Under the pieces are notes generated by a model. It was not told the DNA's origin. It ran no database searches and saw nothing but the letters and a program-made list of their open reading frames with translations. Below, in pieces: positions 60,367-64,000 of a stretch of DNA of 64,000 nucleotides. Where the stretch lies: positions 1-64,000 of the forward strand of contig JBBRNJ010000039.1 in NCBI GenBank assembly GCA_038230375.1, given 5' to 3'. This DNA is from Polyangiales bacterium (GTDB lineage Bacteria > Myxococcota_A > Polyangia > Polyangiales > Polyangiaceae). Numbering within the stretch: the stretch's first letter is position 1; every line of letters starts with the position of its first letter. The position numbers were made by a program, and so were the translations under genes.

Positions 60367-63257
60367 AGAAGGCGAAGACGGAGCAACGTGGCGCGGAGGT
60401 GCCCGAAGGCCTCTCGAAGATCGCCACCGCATGGCGTGAGGCCGTGCGCTTGCCCCGCCTTCGCGCGTGGGTCTCTGCGTGGGTGCTCTTCGTCTTCGGC
60501 GCGATGCTCCTTGCGCGTGTGGGCACCCCAAGGGCGCGGCTCGTCGCATTCGTCCTGATCTGCGCGGGCGTCGCGCTCACGGTGATCGCCGCGCGGCTCG
60601 AGCGGCGCACGTTCTCGGACGCGCGCCGCATCATCGCGCGTCTCTTTGGCAAGAGCGAACCGGAGCTCGCGTCCCGTGCCCAGCGCGCGCTCTTGCTCTC
60701 GTACCAGCCACCCGACGGCACCAGCGAGGCGCTCGCGCGTCTGCACCTTTCTCGCGCTCTGTCCGCGCTGCCCGAGGAGCAGGTGAAGAGCGGCGCCAAG
60801 CGCTCTGCGTTCTTGTTCGGTGCCGCGGCGCTCGTGCTGTCCGCCGCATCGCTGGGAACGTGCGCGCTGCGCGGCTTTGGTGTGGTCGAGGGCGCGGACA
60901 TTCTACTGGCGCGTTCTGGCCGCGCGCCTGTCGAGCTCGGCTACCTCACCGAGCCCGAGCTGGTCGCGCGCCCGCCCGAGTACCTGCACGAGCCCGAGCA
61001 CCGCAACGCGGTGTATGGCGATCTCATGCTCCCGAACGGCACGCTGCTCACCGTGCGTGGCCGTCCCGTGCACGACGGGCGCACGCTGGTGCTGACCGAC
61101 GGTAGCGCGCGCGTGCCGTTCTTCGACGAGGGCAGCGGCAAGCTGATCGCCCGCTGGCCGCTCACTGCGACCGTGGATCTGCGCGTGGCTGCGATCTTCG
61201 GCGACGTCGTCATCGAGGAGCCGCTCGCCACCCATGTGCAGTCGATCGCGGACGACCCGCCGCGTGTCGTGCTCGAGTCCGCACCGCGCGAGGTGAAGCT
61301 CGCTGTGGACACGGACGTCACGGAGATCCCGCTCCGCTACGAGGCCACGGACGATCACGGCATGCGCGAGGTGCACCTGGTGCTGCGCGCCGGCGCAAAG
61401 GAAGAGCGGCGCATGCTCGCCAAGCTCGACGGCGAGACGCGCGTCGATCGCGGTGGAAGCACCCTGCGCGTGACCGATCCGTTCGTGAAGAAGAGCCACG
61501 TGCCTGTGTTCGTGACGGTGGAGGCAAAGGACAACGACGCCGTCACGGGCCCCAAATGGGGCAAGAGCGAGGCGATCGTCCTCATCCCGCCGAGCGTGGC
61601 GCAGGCAGAGGCGCTGCGACTCGCCGCCCTCATGAAGGTGCGCGATCAGTACGTGGACGCGCTTGCGCGCAGGCTCACTGTCTCCCTGCCAAAGGGCGAC
61701 ACGGAGCGGCACCAGCTGGCCGAGGCAGAGACGCACAGCTCCGAGAACGAACGCGAGCAGCTCGACACCGCGGTGCGCTCCTCGTACATCGGGCTCTCCG
61801 TTCCGAAGCGTCTGACCGCGCTGCTCCTCACGCACGCCGCAAAGATCGACAAGGCCATGGGCGCGTTCTCGCGCGCGCCGTCGCAGAAGGGCTTCGACAA
61901 CGTCGTCGCGGCGACGGAGAAGTTCGTCAGCGTGCTGGACGCCGTGATCGCCGGGCTTGCACAGAAGGACGCGCGCTCCTCGGCGAAGGAGCTCGCAGAC
62001 GTCGCGGACGACATGGCCACGGGCTTCTTCGGTCTGGAGGCCGCGTCACCGGAAGGACGCCCACGCGTGTCCGCGGCACACTCGGTGCTGGCGGAGGGGG
62101 GCGCCGCCCTTTCGCACCTCGGCTTTCTTGGTCATGACCTGGGCGAGATCACGCAGGCGTACCTGCTCCGCATCGATCGCGCGGACAAGGCGCAGGACAA
62201 CCTGCATGCGGCGCTCGCGGCCCGTGATCTTGCCGCACGTCTCGCGGTGCCGGATCCCTCGCTCGGCTCGCACGGCAAAGGTGGTCGTCCTGGCTCGGAG
62301 TCTGGTGGTGGCTCGGGGGCCGACGACCCGTCCGAATCGCCGGGCGACGACGTGGCGCAGGCCTTCGACGAGGCCGCACGCGATCTGAACCAGCTGGCGA
62401 TGGATCACGCCGAGGAGATGGGCAACGTCGAGCGCGAGAGTGGTCAGAACTCGCCGGCGGACATGAAGGAGCTCGGCAAGGATCTCAAGGAGCGCGCAGA
62501 CCGCATTCGCAAGGCCGTGAAGGGCCTGCCGGAGGTCGGCGGCAGTCCCGAGTCGATCGGCGAGAAGGCGCGCGGCGCCCGCGAGCAGGCCGAGCAGATG
62601 GCGAAGTCGCTCGAGGAAGAGAACGTGAGCGACGCCGTCAACGCCGGCAAGAGCGCCATGAACCGCCTGGACGAGGCGAAGCGCGCAGCGGAGCGCGAGC
62701 GCATGTGGGGCGGCGATCAGGCCACCGAGAAGAAGCTCGAGGAGGCAGTGGCGAAGCTGGAGCCGGAGCTCAAGGCCACGCAGCGCATGCTGGACGAGCT
62801 GCGCAAGAAGGCAGAGCAGCGGGCCGCACGCGACCTGGGGAAGCACGGCGACACGGAACAGAAGCTCTCCGACCGCATGAAGGAGCTCGGTGAGCGTGGT
62901 CGCGAAAAATCGCTCCCGGACCAGGCGCTTCGTGATCTCGAGGACGCGCACGACGCCGCGAAGCAGGCGGCCAACGCCTTCAAGCAGGGCGACATGAAGC
63001 GCGGCAAGGAGAAGCAGAAGGACGCGCAGAAGAAGCTCGAGGACGCTCAGCGCAACGTGGGCGACGACTCCGACACGGGCAACAAGGACGAGGGCGACAG
63101 CCGCATGCCGGGCGGCGAGCACGCAGACATTCCGCCCGCCGACGCGCACAAGGGGCCGGAAGAGTTTCGCCGTCGCGTGATGAAGGGTCTCGCCATGCCC
63201 GGGCCCAGCAAGGAGAAGGACGCCGTCCTGCGTTACGCGGAGGGTCTCCTCAAATGA
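60363..63257 (+). CDS. DUF4175-like membrane coiled-coil protein
   Basis: N-terminal TMs, DDPPRV..YEATDDHG..EAKDND..GPK, long Q/K/E coiled coil, terminal RYAEGLLK. Confidence 0.7.
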   Translation: MKKAKTEQRGAEVPEGLSKIATAWREAVRLPRLRAWVSAWVLFVFGAMLLARVGTPRARLVAFVLICAGVALTVIAARLERRTFSDARRIIARLFGKSEPELASRAQRALLLSYQPPDGTSEALARLHLSRALSALPEEQVKSGAKRSAFLFGAAALVLSAASLGTCALRGFGVVEGADILLARSGRAPVELGYLTEPELVARPPEYLHEPEHRNAVYGDLMLPNGTLLTVRGRPVHDGRTLVLTDGSARVPFFDEGSGKLIARWPLTATVDLRVAAIFGDVVIEEPLATHVQSIADDPPRVVLESAPREVKLAVDTDVTEIPLRYEATDDHGMREVHLVLRAGAKEERRMLAKLDGETRVDRGGSTLRVTDPFVKKSHVPVFVTVEAKDNDAVTGPKWGKSEAIVLIPPSVAQAEALRLAALMKVRDQYVDALARRLTVSLPKGDTERHQLAEAETHSSENEREQLDTAVRSSYIGLSVPKRLTALLLTHAAKIDKAMGAFSRAPSQKGFDNVVAATEKFVSVLDAVIAGLAQKDARSSAKELADVADDMATGFFGLEAASPEGRPRVSAAHSVLAEGGAALSHLGFLGHDLGEITQAYLLRIDRADKAQDNLHAALAARDLAARLAVPDPSLGSHGKGGRPGSESGGGSGADDPSESPGDDVAQAFDEAARDLNQLAMDHAEEMGNVERESGQNSPADMKELGKDLKERADRIRKAVKGLPEVGGSPESIGEKARGAREQAEQMAKSLEEENVSDAVNAGKSAMNRLDEAKRAAERERMWGGDQATEKKLEEAVAKLEPELKATQRMLDELRKKAEQRAARDLGKHGDTEQKLSDRMKELGERGREKSLPDQALRDLEDAHDAAKQAANAFKQGDMKRGKEKQKDAQKKLEDAQRNVGDDSDTGNKDEGDSRMPGGEHADIPPADAHKGPEEFRRRVMKGLAMPGPSKEKDAVLRYAEGLLK

Positions 63258-64000
63258 AGCGAATTTCCCTGAAAAAGAGGCCGTTCTACGCGCTCATCGG
63301 AATCGCTGTGTTCGCGCTGTTCTCGGGTGGGCGGGACGTGCGTGCCGCAGAGATCAACGCACGCGTGCTCGTCGCGGAGGAGCTGACGCGCTCGTTCGAG
63401 TACGACGCCGCATCGCGCGAGCTCGATCTCGCGGGCGCACCTGACGATCCGGACGTGGTCGTGGAGCGCGCGCGCATCGAGCTGCACAAGGGCAACTGCG
63501 ACGCGGCCGCGGCCATGCTCATGCGCCCGGCGATCGCGAAGGTGGAGCGCGCTGAAGAGGTCTCTGCCATTGCGAAGGGCTGCGCCCGCGCCACCGCGGC
63601 CACCATCCTTGAGAAGGACGACGCCGCGGGCGTGGAGGTGCGCTTCCAGGACGAGAACGACAAGGCGCTCTTCCCGGGCATGGTCGACACCGTGGTGAAG
63701 GCGCGTGAGGCCATCTCGCGTGACCTGGGCACTGACTTCCCCAGGCCCACGCGCATCGTCGTCGTGCGTGACTCGCTCACGCTGAGCGTGATGACCGGCC
63801 TTCCTTACTCTGCCGCGCAGACCACCGGCACCGTGGCCGTCGCGAAGTGGGGACGCGTCACCATGATCTCGCCGCGCGCGGGTCATCATGGGTATCCGTG
63901 GAAGGACACGCTGGCCCACGAGCTCACGCACCTGGCCGTCACGCGCATCACGCATGACCATGCGCCACTGTGGCTGCAAGAGGGTCTCGCAAAGCACGAG
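63254..64000 (+). CDS. Peptidase MA-like (gluzincin) secreted protein, truncated by window end
   Basis: Not in ORF track; ATGA overlap; translates MKRISLKK...TLAHELTHLAV...PLWLQEGLAKHE. Confidence 0.85.
   Translation, partial: MKRISLKKRPFYALIGIAVFALFSGGRDVRAAEINARVLVAEELTRSFEYDAASRELDLAGAPDDPDVVVERARIELHKGNCDAAAAMLMRPAIAKVERAEEVSAIAKGCARATAATILEKDDAAGVEVRFQDENDKALFPGMVDTVVKAREAISRDLGTDFPRPTRIVVVRDSLTLSVMTGLPYSAAQTTGTVAVAKWGRVTMISPRAGHHGYPWKDTLAHELTHLAVTRITHDHAPLWLQEGLAKHE

Noticed and set aside
63233..63997. 254-aa minus-strand ORF
   Set aside because: Antisense to the HExxH peptidase on the plus strand

Overview
High-GC bacterial chromosomal window with about 43 protein genes and one tRNA-Arg(CCT). 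Gene content suggests a myxobacterium of the Polyangiaceae/Labilithrix type (inference): Hanks-type Ser/Thr kinases, many Cys-rich lipoproteins with DAG/DGG linkers, AgmX/TonB-C, vWA and DUF1501/DUF1592-like genes. Recognisable genes: membrane pyrophosphatase (divergent, K+-independent signature), AddB/AddA helicase-nuclease, uvrC, ddl, maiA, dCMP deaminase, P450, M3 peptidase, class III cyclase, two Omp85-like proteins and an L,D-transpeptidase. I found no transposase, integrase, prophage, CRISPR or defence system. The best candidate for an uncharacterised system is a heme-c propeller / DUF1592-like / Tat-DUF1501 operon facing a giant lipo-metalloprotease with a sigma54-like promoter. Other notable features: a structured hppA leader, co-oriented GTCGAR hexamer tracts, repeat insertions with nearby synonymous-codon anomalies, a 36-bp array in the signal-peptide region of a frameshifted TPR gene, and a P450-addB-addA-M3 gene string. 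All family calls come from motif recognition by eye, not database searches. Many starts were trimmed relative to the ORF track.
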